Below are positions 55,974-64,000 of a stretch of 64,000 nt of DNA, one piece after another. The stretch spans positions 6,582 through 70,581 of the forward strand of contig CAYRRP010000002.1 in NCBI GenBank assembly GCA_964426735.1. Reading direction: 5' to 3'. Below the pieces are notes generated by a model, which was given only the letters and a program-made list of their open reading frames with translations, made no database searches and had not been told where the DNA came from. Made by a program: the position numbers and the translations under genes. This DNA comes from an uncultured Candidatus Saccharibacteria bacterium. Lineage in GTDB: Bacteria; Patescibacteriota; Minisyncoccia; Phycocordibacterales; DATDWN01. Within the stretch, counting starts at the first letter, position 1; each line of letters starts with the position of its first letter.

Positions 55974-56384
55974 ATGACAATTACAGTGTTCATATCGTCT
56001 TTTGTGGCATTACTTGCCATGATTGGAACGAAAATGATTGAACAGAGACTCGGATCATTTCCGCTGTGGACTCGTCTCGTGTCAAAAACTGATGAGGTTG
56101 TACATGATGTAGTAAATCGGGTTATCGGTAAGTATCAACTATGGAAGAAAATTACATATCTTTTTGTATTTAATTTTTTACCGTCGTATGCATATGAGTT
56201 GCTCGTAAAGATGAAGGATTATGTGTATAAGAAGTACTATGAATCTCAGTCAAAGCTAAAAGGGAATAAACGTATGCTTCGTGCCAACGGATCAGTATCG
56301 TCATTTTTACAGGAGATTAGTTCAGAACCAAAAAAAGAAGAAGTAGTAAATGATAATGAGGTGGCTGATGTAGAGTTGAAATAA
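55974..56384 (+). CDS. hypothetical membrane-associated protein
   Basis: 136-aa ORF with a hydrophobic N-terminus. Confidence 0.35.
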   Translation: MTITVFISSFVALLAMIGTKMIEQRLGSFPLWTRLVSKTDEVVHDVVNRVIGKYQLWKKITYLFVFNFLPSYAYELLVKMKDYVYKKYYESQSKLKGNKRMLRANGSVSSFLQEISSEPKKEEVVNDNEVADVELK

Positions 56385-56427
56385 AGTTTTTTGTTTGATA
56401 AACTAGTTTAGTTAAACGTGAAATATG

Positions 56428-56503
56428 CCACTTTAGCTCAGTTGGTAGAGCAGCCGTTTTGTAAACGGCAGGTCGTCAGTTCAAGCCTGACAAGTGGCTC
56501 CAG
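56428..56503 (+). tRNA. tRNA-Thr (anticodon UGU), CCA encoded
   Basis: GCCACTT acceptor, D-loop AGTTGGTA, anticodon loop TTTGTAA, T-loop TTCAAGC, then T-CCA. Confidence 0.85.
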
Positions 56504-58033
56504 AACCTGACTTTCTTCAGGAATCACGGAGGATGCGTGGGCTCGCTGTAAATAGACCCAAGGATTATCGCTAGGATTTAGAACATGGTTTGGGGAAATC
56601 GGCGCGATGACGCGCAAGGTTTTGTTTTGGAGAAGGAGGTTCGAGCCAAAGACTTTTTTGGCAGCGACCTTTTTATGCAAAAGGTCGCAATCCAATGCGA
56701 TTTTTTCCATATCCACGGCCTCTTTTATCCATTTTTGCATCGGTTCGAGCCAATGATTCTGCTTTTGTTCTATGGAAGATATTTCCTCCTCCAGTGACTT
56801 TTTCTCGGATAGCAATTTAGCTTTTTCACAACGATAGACTTCCTTATCAATATCCTGTTCCAAGTATCCGTCCAAAAGTCGCTGGAGCTTAACCGAAATA
56901 TCTTTTATCCTTTTTTGATTTTTTTCTACAAAAGCAGAAACAGATTGGGCGGAGTTTGTTCTATCATGTTCTAATTTGGTATTCAAATAGTCCGCCCAAT
57001 CTTTCGGCATAGAAACTTTTTGAAGTAAAGAGGAAATTTGCGCGTCTAATGATTCCTGGCGAACACAGGGTTCAGGACACTTCATATCTTTCCGTTTCTT
57101 AGTGCAGTGATAATACGTATAGAAGTGTTCCTGACCGTTCAACTGCTTTTTAACCCTGTATTCGCCAGTAATCATCATTCCACAAGACGCGCAGGTTATA
57201 AGTCCGCAGAATACCTGAGGCTGATTTTTCTGCTTGAAACGCGGACGGCTTTTTTGCTTCAAAATTTCCTGAACTCTATCAAAAAGTTTCTTTGACACGA
57301 TTGGCTCATGATTGCCTTCGTGAATTTCTCCAGCGTATCTGAAGTGTCCGTAGTAAAAGGGGTTAGAGAGTATAAATGTCGCTCGGGAGATGTGAATTCT
57401 CTGTCCGATCTTTGTGATGAGGCGGTTTTGCTCCAAAAAGACCCCAATTCGTTCGAGCGTTTGATCGCCCTTAGAATACATCTCAAACGCTTGGCGAATC
57501 ACAGGCGCTTGCTTCCTATCTACTACAACAGTCTTAGACCGTGAATCGTTCAAATACCCGATAGGAGCAAGCGACGGATATTCGCCACGACGAACTTTTT
57601 GGCGCAAACCGCGCTTAGTGTTCTCGGACAGGGAATCCACATAGTATTTGCTCTGCCCGAAAGCGATACTTAACATAAATTTACCCTGTGGCGTGGACTC
57701 AAACCAAAAGCTGGGGAATTTCAAACCGACGATTACACTTGTATCAAGCAAATATATTATTCTTCCACCATCAACAGAATTACGAGCGAGACGGTCTGGA
57801 TGCCAAGAGAGAATAGAGTCTGCTTCGCCCGCTTCAATTTGTAAAAGCATATCGTTAAACATTGGTCTGCCAGGAATTTTGGCACTTTGCTTTTCAATAA
57901 ACTCGCGAGCGATATCCAAACCTTCTCTCTTGGCAAAGTCGCGTAACTCTTGCAACTGTGCCTCGATGGATAATATTTGCTTGTCCTCTACGTCGGTTGA
58001 TTTGCGTGCATACAAAAAGAATTTTTGAGCCAT
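56438..58033 (-). CDS. large serine recombinase (resolvase catalytic domain + recombinase domain + zinc ribbon + coiled coil); 3' end uncertain because the ORF reads through IR-L and antisense tRNA-Thr
   Basis: N-terminus FLYARKSTDVEDKQILSIEAQ (catalytic Ser), ...DRLARN..., zinc ribbon CGLITCASCG...YYHCTKKRKDMKCPEP. Confidence 0.8.
   Translation of the reverse strand: MAQKFFLYARKSTDVEDKQILSIEAQLQELRDFAKREGLDIAREFIEKQSAKIPGRPMFNDMLLQIEAGEADSILSWHPDRLARNSVDGGRIIYLLDTSVIVGLKFPSFWFESTPQGKFMLSIAFGQSKYYVDSLSENTKRGLRQKVRRGEYPSLAPIGYLNDSRSKTVVVDRKQAPVIRQAFEMYSKGDQTLERIGVFLEQNRLITKIGQRIHISRATFILSNPFYYGHFRYAGEIHEGNHEPIVSKKLFDRVQEILKQKSRPRFKQKNQPQVFCGLITCASCGMMITGEYRVKKQLNGQEHFYTYYHCTKKRKDMKCPEPCVRQESLDAQISSLLQKVSMPKDWADYLNTKLEHDRTNSAQSVSAFVEKNQKRIKDISVKLQRLLDGYLEQDIDKEVYRCEKAKLLSEKKSLEEEISSIEQKQNHWLEPMQKWIKEAVDMEKIALDCDLLHKKVAAKKVFGSNLLLQNKTLRVIAPISPNHVLNPSDNPWVYLQRAHASSVIPEESQVLEPLVRLELTTCRLQNGCSTN
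56499..56706. repeat. left inverted repeat (IR-L) of the serine-recombinase element; begins inside tRNA-Thr 3' end (ctcca); carries a 45-bp insertion (56646-56690) that forms a perfect 10-bp hairpin
   Basis: The reverse complement of 58063-58226 matches 56499-56645 and 56691-56706 with zero mismatches. Confidence 0.85.
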
Positions 58034-58062
58034 ATATTTTATTAGTTAAAAATTATTTTTGT

Positions 58063-58226
58063 AAAAAAAGTAAAAATCGCATTGGATATCGAACCTCCTT
58101 CTCCAAAACAAAACCTTGCGCGTCATCGCGCCGATTTCCCCAAACCATGTTCTAAATCCTAGCGATAATCCTTGGGTCTATTTACAGCGAGCCCACGCAT
58201 CCTCCGTGATTCCTGAAGAAAGTCAG
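58063..58226. repeat. right inverted repeat (IR-R) of the serine-recombinase element
   Basis: Perfect reverse-complement match to IR-L, minus the 45-bp insertion. Confidence 0.85.
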
Positions 58227-58504
58227 GTTCTGGAGTGTCTTTATGACTCCGCTAGAACTTTCTTCATTAAACTTGTTTAATGAATTCCGTCCCGTCACAG
58301 TGTCCGTTCCACCGAACACAGGATGTGTTCGGCTCCACTCCCACTGTTCCGCTCCGCCCTCGCCCCGCCACCTTGAACCATGCTAGGTTTGTTTCGCGCG
58401 GATTTCTTTTGAGTTGTATGTCGGTGGGCGGGTCTCGGGCGGGGAACTGTTACGATATATCATAACATTGTGATAGACTGTAACAATGAGATATACTGTG
58501 GATA

Positions 58505-58711
58505 ATGAAAAAAGAGGCTGCAAAACTGGGGTTAAATCTGAAAAGAATTAGGACAGAAAAAGCAATATCTCAAGGAGATATTGCTCGCGAATTAAAGGTT
58601 AGCCGTGGTTTTATTAGCACTATTGAAAATGGAAAAACGAACCCGACACTTTCAACTATTTCTAAAATCGCTAAAGCACTGGGGATTTCAATTGATGAAC
58701 TTTTGAAATAA
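58505..58711 (+). CDS. XRE-family helix-turn-helix transcriptional regulator
   Basis: 68 aa with ISQGDIARELKVSRGFISTIENGKTNPTLSTISKIAKALG. Confidence 0.7.
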   Translation: MKKEAAKLGLNLKRIRTEKAISQGDIARELKVSRGFISTIENGKTNPTLSTISKIAKALGISIDELLK

Positions 58712-59005
58712 AAGATCACGACAAAATCCATCCTCTGTCTACCGGAAATTTGCTGGCTCAAACTGGGGATGATTTAACCTTTTAATATCAATTTAAAGTA
58801 GGTGAAATCCAAAAGCATTGACTCCTCTGAGTTCATATTGATATCTTAAGAATGTATAACTTGTAAGTATCAGTGAAGATTTATACATTTCCGCTTTACC
58901 GTAATTACATACTGAACATCAGAATTTTTAGCTTAATATAAGATTTATTTTATCGATTAATTCAAATCTAACTTCTCAAGTTCGATCTATTGAAGTAAAA
59001 CACAC

Positions 59006-59671
59006 ATGAAAACACTTAAAACTACGCTTTGCGTAATGGTTATTATTTTTGCTGCGAATTTATTTTTTGTTAAAACTACTTACGCACAAGTAGCAGTTGG
59101 TTCAGATAAGATTAGCACTTATGTAGTCCGGCAAGGAGATACTATTGGTGAAATTGCAGAAAAATTTGGTATTAACATTAAAACACTTTTGTTGGCAAAT
59201 GATATTAAAATAGCATCAAAAATAAAGATAGGACAAAAACTGTTAATACCGCCTGTTTCAAGTCAAGGCCTCGGAAAAAAAGTCTCTAACAACTTAATTA
59301 AAACTACTAAAGGTATCGGAAAAAAGGTTGCTTCCTTTTTTGTAAAACCCGTCAAGGCTGCTACAAAAACCCAAGGAATTCATGGAAAGAATGGGGTTGA
59401 TCTTGCTGCGAAGGAGGATACTCCTATTCTCGCTGCTGCTAACGGAAAAGTGACAGTGAGCCAAACTGGATGGAATGGTGGGTATGGTAATTATGTCGTT
59501 ATAACTCATAACAATGGACTTCAAACATTGTACGCTCACAATAATGAAAATCTGGTCTCTGTCGGAGACAAGGTCATTCAGGGACAAATCATTGCCCATA
59601 TGGGTTCTACAGGTAAATCTACAGGTAGCCACGTTCATTTTGAGGTGAGAGGTGGGAAGAACCCATTCTAG
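59006..59671 (+). CDS. LysM domain + M23 family metallopeptidase
   Basis: Signal peptide, LysM (YVVRQGDTIGEIAEKFGI...), and M23 motifs H..GVDLAA and GSHVHFEV. Confidence 0.75.
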   Translation: MKTLKTTLCVMVIIFAANLFFVKTTYAQVAVGSDKISTYVVRQGDTIGEIAEKFGINIKTLLLANDIKIASKIKIGQKLLIPPVSSQGLGKKVSNNLIKTTKGIGKKVASFFVKPVKAATKTQGIHGKNGVDLAAKEDTPILAAANGKVTVSQTGWNGGYGNYVVITHNNGLQTLYAHNNENLVSVGDKVIQGQIIAHMGSTGKSTGSHVHFEVRGGKNPF

Positions 59672-59717
59672 ATTTGAGTTTATTTAGAAATGCTGTAATG
59701 GATATATATTAATTGAT

Positions 59718-60125
59718 GTGATAATATTCTTCTATCAAATTATGTTTAAAAAGCATACAAGTCTAAAAGAAAGATTTTTGGGTGCCACTTTACTTGTTGC
59801 CCTTACAGTCTTTTTATCTTTCGGACATATATTACTGTCACCGTCTGTTGCATTCGCGAATGATAAGGTGCATAAGGATGAAGTACCACACGCTCCAGAT
59901 GCAGAAGAACATTCACCCTGTCCAACCGAGTTACATCTAACCATAAGTAATCGAGCAACATCCGATGACGACCAAAACTCTATTCCTAAGATTGATTATT
60001 TTCCTGTCACATTCTATTCAAACAGTACTTGTCTTGAAGACCATCTAATATCTTCGTACTTTTTCCCAATTGAAAAACTTCCACCCAGGCTTCCACAACA
60101 TCAAAAAACAAATCTGTTGATTTAG
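59718..60125 (+). CDS. hypothetical secreted/membrane protein
   Basis: 135-aa ORF with a hydrophobic N-terminus. Confidence 0.35.
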   Translation: MIIFFYQIMFKKHTSLKERFLGATLLVALTVFLSFGHILLSPSVAFANDKVHKDEVPHAPDAEEHSPCPTELHLTISNRATSDDDQNSIPKIDYFPVTFYSNSTCLEDHLISSYFFPIEKLPPRLPQHQKTNLLI

Positions 60126-60202
60126 AAGAGTCCTAACACCTCGCGGCATATATATGCACGAGTTTGTTTCTATTATTTAGCGAACTCTAATCTAAAACAA
60201 CT

Positions 60203-61105
60203 ATGAATAAATTAATTTATATTATTATCGGCATCCTAGTGATAGGAGGCGGAACATATTATATAACTACACAAAATAAGACTGAATCAGTGGCTTCTGA
60301 GGTTAGCAAAGAGGAATCGAAAGACTCTGTGACCAAAGAAAATATGAATGCTAACAACATGATGGCATCAGATATGGCTGTTCTTGCAGGAACGCGGGTT
60401 ATTTTGAAAAATTCGTCCTTCAAAGCCGGAAGTCAGAATATTCCATTTGAACTCTACGGCAAGGACGGACATCTATTTAGCGATGCTGAGTTAAAAATTA
60501 CCCATGAAAAAAAGATGCATTTCATTATGGTTTCATCTGATTTTTCAGATTACCAACACGTACATCCAGAATTCAAAGATAAATTATGGCAGGCACCAGT
60601 TATCCTAAAGAACAATATTGCATATCAAGCTTATGTCGATATTGATTCTGAAGCTGGCTTAGAAACTCTACGACTTCCTATAACTGTCGGTACTCCACAA
60701 ACAGTGTCAAAAGTCTCACAAAAAGAAACAACACTTACTAAGGATGGTATTGAAGTAAAAATGAAGGCAGAAAATGGTTTTGTCGCAGGTAAAGAAAATC
60801 TTGTTATTTTCACTGTTTCAAAGGCAGGTAAAACAATTATTCCTCAAAATTACCTAGGCGCAAAAGGTCACGTAGTAGCACTTGGGGATGATCCAAACAC
60901 ATTCATACACGGACATCCTGATGATCATGGAGATAATGAAATTCACTTCGCCTTTGGTTTTAAAAAGGCCGGAATATACACACTCTTTGCGCAATTCCAA
61001 GTTGAAGGTGTAGTTCGCACATATCCTTTTACTGTGACAGTAACTGGCGCAATAAGTTCTATCGATGAGAGTAAGCCTCATACCGATACCGTTCAACATA
61101 ACTAA
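60203..61105 (+). CDS. membrane-anchored periplasmic protein with two His-rich segments (HVHPEF; HGHPDDHGDNEIHF), candidate metal-binding partner of the downstream efflux system
   Basis: N-terminal TM helix and paired His-rich motifs. Its position is upstream of a CusBA-like pair. Confidence 0.4.
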   Translation: MNKLIYIIIGILVIGGGTYYITTQNKTESVASEVSKEESKDSVTKENMNANNMMASDMAVLAGTRVILKNSSFKAGSQNIPFELYGKDGHLFSDAELKITHEKKMHFIMVSSDFSDYQHVHPEFKDKLWQAPVILKNNIAYQAYVDIDSEAGLETLRLPITVGTPQTVSKVSQKETTLTKDGIEVKMKAENGFVAGKENLVIFTVSKAGKTIIPQNYLGAKGHVVALGDDPNTFIHGHPDDHGDNEIHFAFGFKKAGIYTLFAQFQVEGVVRTYPFTVTVTGAISSIDESKPHTDTVQHN

Positions 61106-61113
61106 ATAAATAT

Positions 61114-62919
61114 ATGAATGAAAAAATCTCTTTATATAAAAGCAGGTCTTTTGAGGTATTGCAAAAACTTTCTAAAACTCAAAAAACTTCTTTAATAATT
61201 ATAAGCACGGTTGTGGTCACAGGGTTAACAGGTGTTCTTGTGTACGCAGACGAGGGGCATGATAGCCCAGAACCAGTGGTACAACAATCTGAACAAGTTC
61301 TAGTAAGAAAAGTGGGTGATGTCGACCCTGATGCAATATCACAAGAAGGACTCAGTAGCTTCTACGGTGAAATAATATCAAAAGATATTGCTTCAATTAA
61401 CGCCTCACGTGAGGGTGTTATTAGTTCTTGGAATGTATCGGTGGGAGACAGAGTTTCAGCTGGGTCAGTTCTCGGTTATGTAACAGTTACCGGAGTGTCT
61501 CCTGAGCAACAGATGGCATTGGCTGAGCAACAAGCAAACGCCTTAAAAGCGCAACTTGATTTAGAGACGGCGAATAAGATTTCAATTCAAACTGAGTCAG
61601 TCTTTGATCAAATTGCAGAATCACTTAAATCTGTAGCAAACAAACAAAGATCAATTTACGATGGCTCAGACGGCACTTTTTCCTCTACATATCAAACAGA
61701 GCTACAAACTATTACCCAACTACAAACACAACTATCAAACAAATTACAAGATTTCGGAAATACTGCCTTAAATGAAATATATCCGCTTGTCGGGGGTTCT
61801 CAGGATAACTCACCATTTAATCAAAACTATTCCCCGACAAGTCTTATCTGGGCGTTTGGAGTGAAAAAGGACTCATTAAGAAATTCCTATGCACCTTTAA
61901 GTATTTTACTTGCGGAAAAAGTTAAGGCTCGAACAGTCACCGATCAAGATATTCGAAATTACTTAGACAAAACAATAGAAATGGTAGAGGCTTCTATTGC
62001 TATAGAAAATTTGGATCTAAAAAAAATTACTGAATCTGTAAAAAATTTACAAACTGAATTACGAGATATTAGTAGTGAACTTGCTCAAGCAACAATCGAC
62101 AAAGCCTCTAAAGAACGTGAACGAAGTCAGATAGACATTGAACTCTCAAGAAGTCTTGTTGGTTTTGAAAGTGACCTCAGTTTAAAAAAACTTGAGCAAC
62201 TTTCTGCGAGTGAGCGTGCAAAAAATGAAGCCAAGGGTGCACAACTCTTAGCACAAAAATTGGCAGTGAGTGCAGGTGGAGTAATTCCTATCCTTGCTGC
62301 TAAATCAGGGGTTGTGGCCACAATTGAAAAAAACGTCGGTGAATATATCACCATATCGGACCGTATAGGGTTTATATCTAACGCTAACCCACGAAAAAAC
62401 GTACGGTTCAGCATACCTGCTTCATGGAAGGATATAAGTAAGGGAGACACTCTCTTGATTTCTTGGAGACCAGAATATTCTATGGGAAGCGCTGTTATTA
62501 CAGGCATTAGTACAATTATTGATGAGAGAGGTGGTTATCAGGCTGAAGCTGTAATTTCCCAAGGTACAGTTTTCCCTGTTGGGGCATCAGTAAGAATTAT
62601 TCCAGAAAATTCTAAAAAAGGCGTATTCGTAAACAGGAAAGCCGTAGTATTTGAAGGAGTGCAACCATATGTATGGATAATTACAGAAAGTGATGCAGTG
62701 CGAAAACAAGAAGTAAAAATAGGAAGAGGCCTTGGCGAGTATGTTGAAATACTCTCAGGTCTTGAAAGAGAATTCTCATACCTTGTTATCCTTGATCCTT
62801 TAGTACAAATTAATTCAGGCATGATGCTTTCAGAAATTCTTAAAACAGAGCCAAAGGTCGAATCTGCTACTCCAGTAAAAATTCAAGACGAGAGTCAGCC
62901 TCACGGTCATGATGAATAA
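61114..62919 (+). CDS. efflux RND periplasmic adaptor (membrane fusion protein) with extended coiled-coil region
   Basis: 601 aa with an N-terminal TM helix, a biotinyl-lipoyl-like segment (GVISSWNVSVGDRVSAGSVLGYV), a long coiled coil and a C-terminal beta-barrel. His-rich tail (QPHGHDE). Confidence 0.6.
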   Translation: MNEKISLYKSRSFEVLQKLSKTQKTSLIIISTVVVTGLTGVLVYADEGHDSPEPVVQQSEQVLVRKVGDVDPDAISQEGLSSFYGEIISKDIASINASREGVISSWNVSVGDRVSAGSVLGYVTVTGVSPEQQMALAEQQANALKAQLDLETANKISIQTESVFDQIAESLKSVANKQRSIYDGSDGTFSSTYQTELQTITQLQTQLSNKLQDFGNTALNEIYPLVGGSQDNSPFNQNYSPTSLIWAFGVKKDSLRNSYAPLSILLAEKVKARTVTDQDIRNYLDKTIEMVEASIAIENLDLKKITESVKNLQTELRDISSELAQATIDKASKERERSQIDIELSRSLVGFESDLSLKKLEQLSASERAKNEAKGAQLLAQKLAVSAGGVIPILAAKSGVVATIEKNVGEYITISDRIGFISNANPRKNVRFSIPASWKDISKGDTLLISWRPEYSMGSAVITGISTIIDERGGYQAEAVISQGTVFPVGASVRIIPENSKKGVFVNRKAVVFEGVQPYVWIITESDAVRKQEVKIGRGLGEYVEILSGLEREFSYLVILDPLVQINSGMMLSEILKTEPKVESATPVKIQDESQPHGHDE

Positions 62920-62924
62920 ATTCT

Positions 62925-64000
62925 ATGTTTAAAAAAATAGTTAGTTGGTCAACCATTAATAGGAATAAAACAATTTTCCTGGGATTACTAGTTACTCTCT
63001 TAGGAGTATATGCAGGCATGAATATGGAGGTTGATGTTTTGCCTAATATCAACAAACCCACCGTAATAGTTTTCGCAGAAGCAGACGGTCTTGCGCCCGA
63101 AGAAGTCGAAAAGGCAGTACTCGTACCGCTTGAAAATGCAGTTCTTGGCACTGCAGGTGTTGAAAGAGTTCGTGGAACAGCGTCTTTCGCATTAGGGATC
63201 GTCAATATCGAATTTCCATTTGGAAGTGATATTTACAAAAATCGACAATTAGTCCAAGAACGGATCTCCGCTGTTGCAGTACCTCCCAATGTAAAAGTTT
63301 CACTCGGGCCTGTTTCTTCTGTGATGGGTGAAATTATGTGGGCGGGTGTGAAAAGTAACTCTAATATCTCGCCGACTGATTTACGAACATATGTGGATTT
63401 CACTCTAAAACCAAACTTACTCAAGGTAAAAGGTATTTCTGATGTAATTGTTATGGGTGGAGATGTTCTTGAATGGCAGGTCAGACTCAATGCGGATGCT
63501 CTAAGTAAATACAAGATTACTCAAGAAGAAATAAATCTCGTACTGGAAAGAAATCTGCAAAATGCATCTGCAGGCATAATACAACAACAGAACAAAGAGT
63601 ACCCCGTTAGAATATTTGTGGCACCGAAAGAAATTAGTGAATTAGCAGATATTGCGATTCATACAGAAAATGGCCCTGTAAGATTAGGTGAGATTGCCTC
63701 CTTCGTAGAAGGGGCAAGTATAGTTCGAGGTGGTGCTTCTGTTGATGGTAGTCAGGGAATAATTCTTAGAATATTCAAACAACCTAATGCGGAAACGTTA
63801 AAAGTGACTAAGGAAGTGGATAGTCTTTTTGTAAATTTACAAAAAACAGCTCCAGCGGGAATTACACTACGAACAGATTTGTTTAGACAAGAATGGTTTA
63901 TTTCCGCCGGTCTATCGAACGTAGAAAAGGCATTAGTTGAGGCACTTATAATTGTTGCCGTTATTGTCTTTCTATTTTTAGTGAAATGGAAACCTACCCT
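62925..64000 (+). CDS. CusA/CzcA-family heavy-metal efflux RND transporter, N-terminal part (runs off window end)
   Basis: Translation MFKKIVSWSTINRNKTIFLGLLVTLLGVYAGMNMEVDVLPNINKPTVIVFAEADGLAPEEVEKAVLVPLENAVLG... continues with no stop to the end of the window. Confidence 0.75.
   Translation, partial: MFKKIVSWSTINRNKTIFLGLLVTLLGVYAGMNMEVDVLPNINKPTVIVFAEADGLAPEEVEKAVLVPLENAVLGTAGVERVRGTASFALGIVNIEFPFGSDIYKNRQLVQERISAVAVPPNVKVSLGPVSSVMGEIMWAGVKSNSNISPTDLRTYVDFTLKPNLLKVKGISDVIVMGGDVLEWQVRLNADALSKYKITQEEINLVLERNLQNASAGIIQQQNKEYPVRIFVAPKEISELADIAIHTENGPVRLGEIASFVEGASIVRGGASVDGSQGIILRIFKQPNAETLKVTKEVDSLFVNLQKTAPAGITLRTDLFRQEWFISAGLSNVEKALVEALIIVAVIVFLFLVKWKPT

Larger units (their letters stand above)
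56499..58226. mobile_element. about 1.7-kb element: large serine recombinase gene bounded by about 163-bp perfect inverted repeats, inserted at/abutting the 3' end of tRNA-Thr
   Basis: See IR-L/IR-R. No other cargo. Confidence 0.6.

Noticed and set aside
57648-58028. 126-aa + strand ORF, plus 56585-56797 and 57107-57544 ORFs
   Set aside because: All lie antisense to, or within the inverted repeats of, the serine recombinase gene and have no start signals.
58280-58450. RNase P RNA, SRP RNA or tmRNA in the GC-rich stretch
   Set aside because: Conserved cores (GGAAAGTCCGG for RNase P P4, GGAAGCAGCC-like SRP domain IV, tmRNA tag ORF) are absent, and the length is too short for RNase P or tmRNA.

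Overview
The window is a low-GC (about 38-40 % by eye) bacterial chromosome segment. Most of it is compact single-copy housekeeping genes: groES/groEL, RNase J, class I RNR nrdAB, a gap-rpiB-rpe-split transketolase-fbaA central-carbon cluster, rplY, rpmE, prfA, rpsB, tsf, SecG, tRNA-Ser(GGA) and tRNA-Thr(UGU). A crtE-crtB-crtI-like isoprenoid operon sits at the left edge and a CusBA-like RND efflux locus at the right edge. Several things stand out against this background. (1) The block from tRNA-Ser to 23.1 kb reads like a tRNA-adjacent accessory island. It holds a UmuD-like S24 peptidase and a Y-family polymerase (UmuC/DinB-like) split by an unplaceable three-gene cassette: an HNH-motif protein, a DUF4238-like protein and an unknown protein. 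A Cheo/LexA-type palindrome lies in front of the polymerase gene. A strongly GC-rich foreign gene with its own consensus promoter follows, bracketed by 58-bp direct repeats that duplicate the 3' end of the polymerase gene. (2) A 1.7-kb element sits immediately 3' of tRNA-Thr. It carries only a large serine recombinase and is bounded by perfectly identical inverted repeats of about 163 bp. (3) Small GC-rich islands appear in an AT-rich context: a Flp pilin next to an IS481-like IS, and two tandem PEP-CTERM proteins. (4) There are several structured non-coding elements: a 168-nt element with perfect 26-bp terminal inverted repeats upstream of rpmE, and AT-rich hairpins with a recurring CGTAC..TAGTACGTCT loop motif. 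No CRISPR array and no rRNA were found. TGA is used as a stop (rpiB/rpe overlap), so there is no UGA recoding. All annotations rest on reading the six-frame translations and the sequence by eye; no database search was possible.
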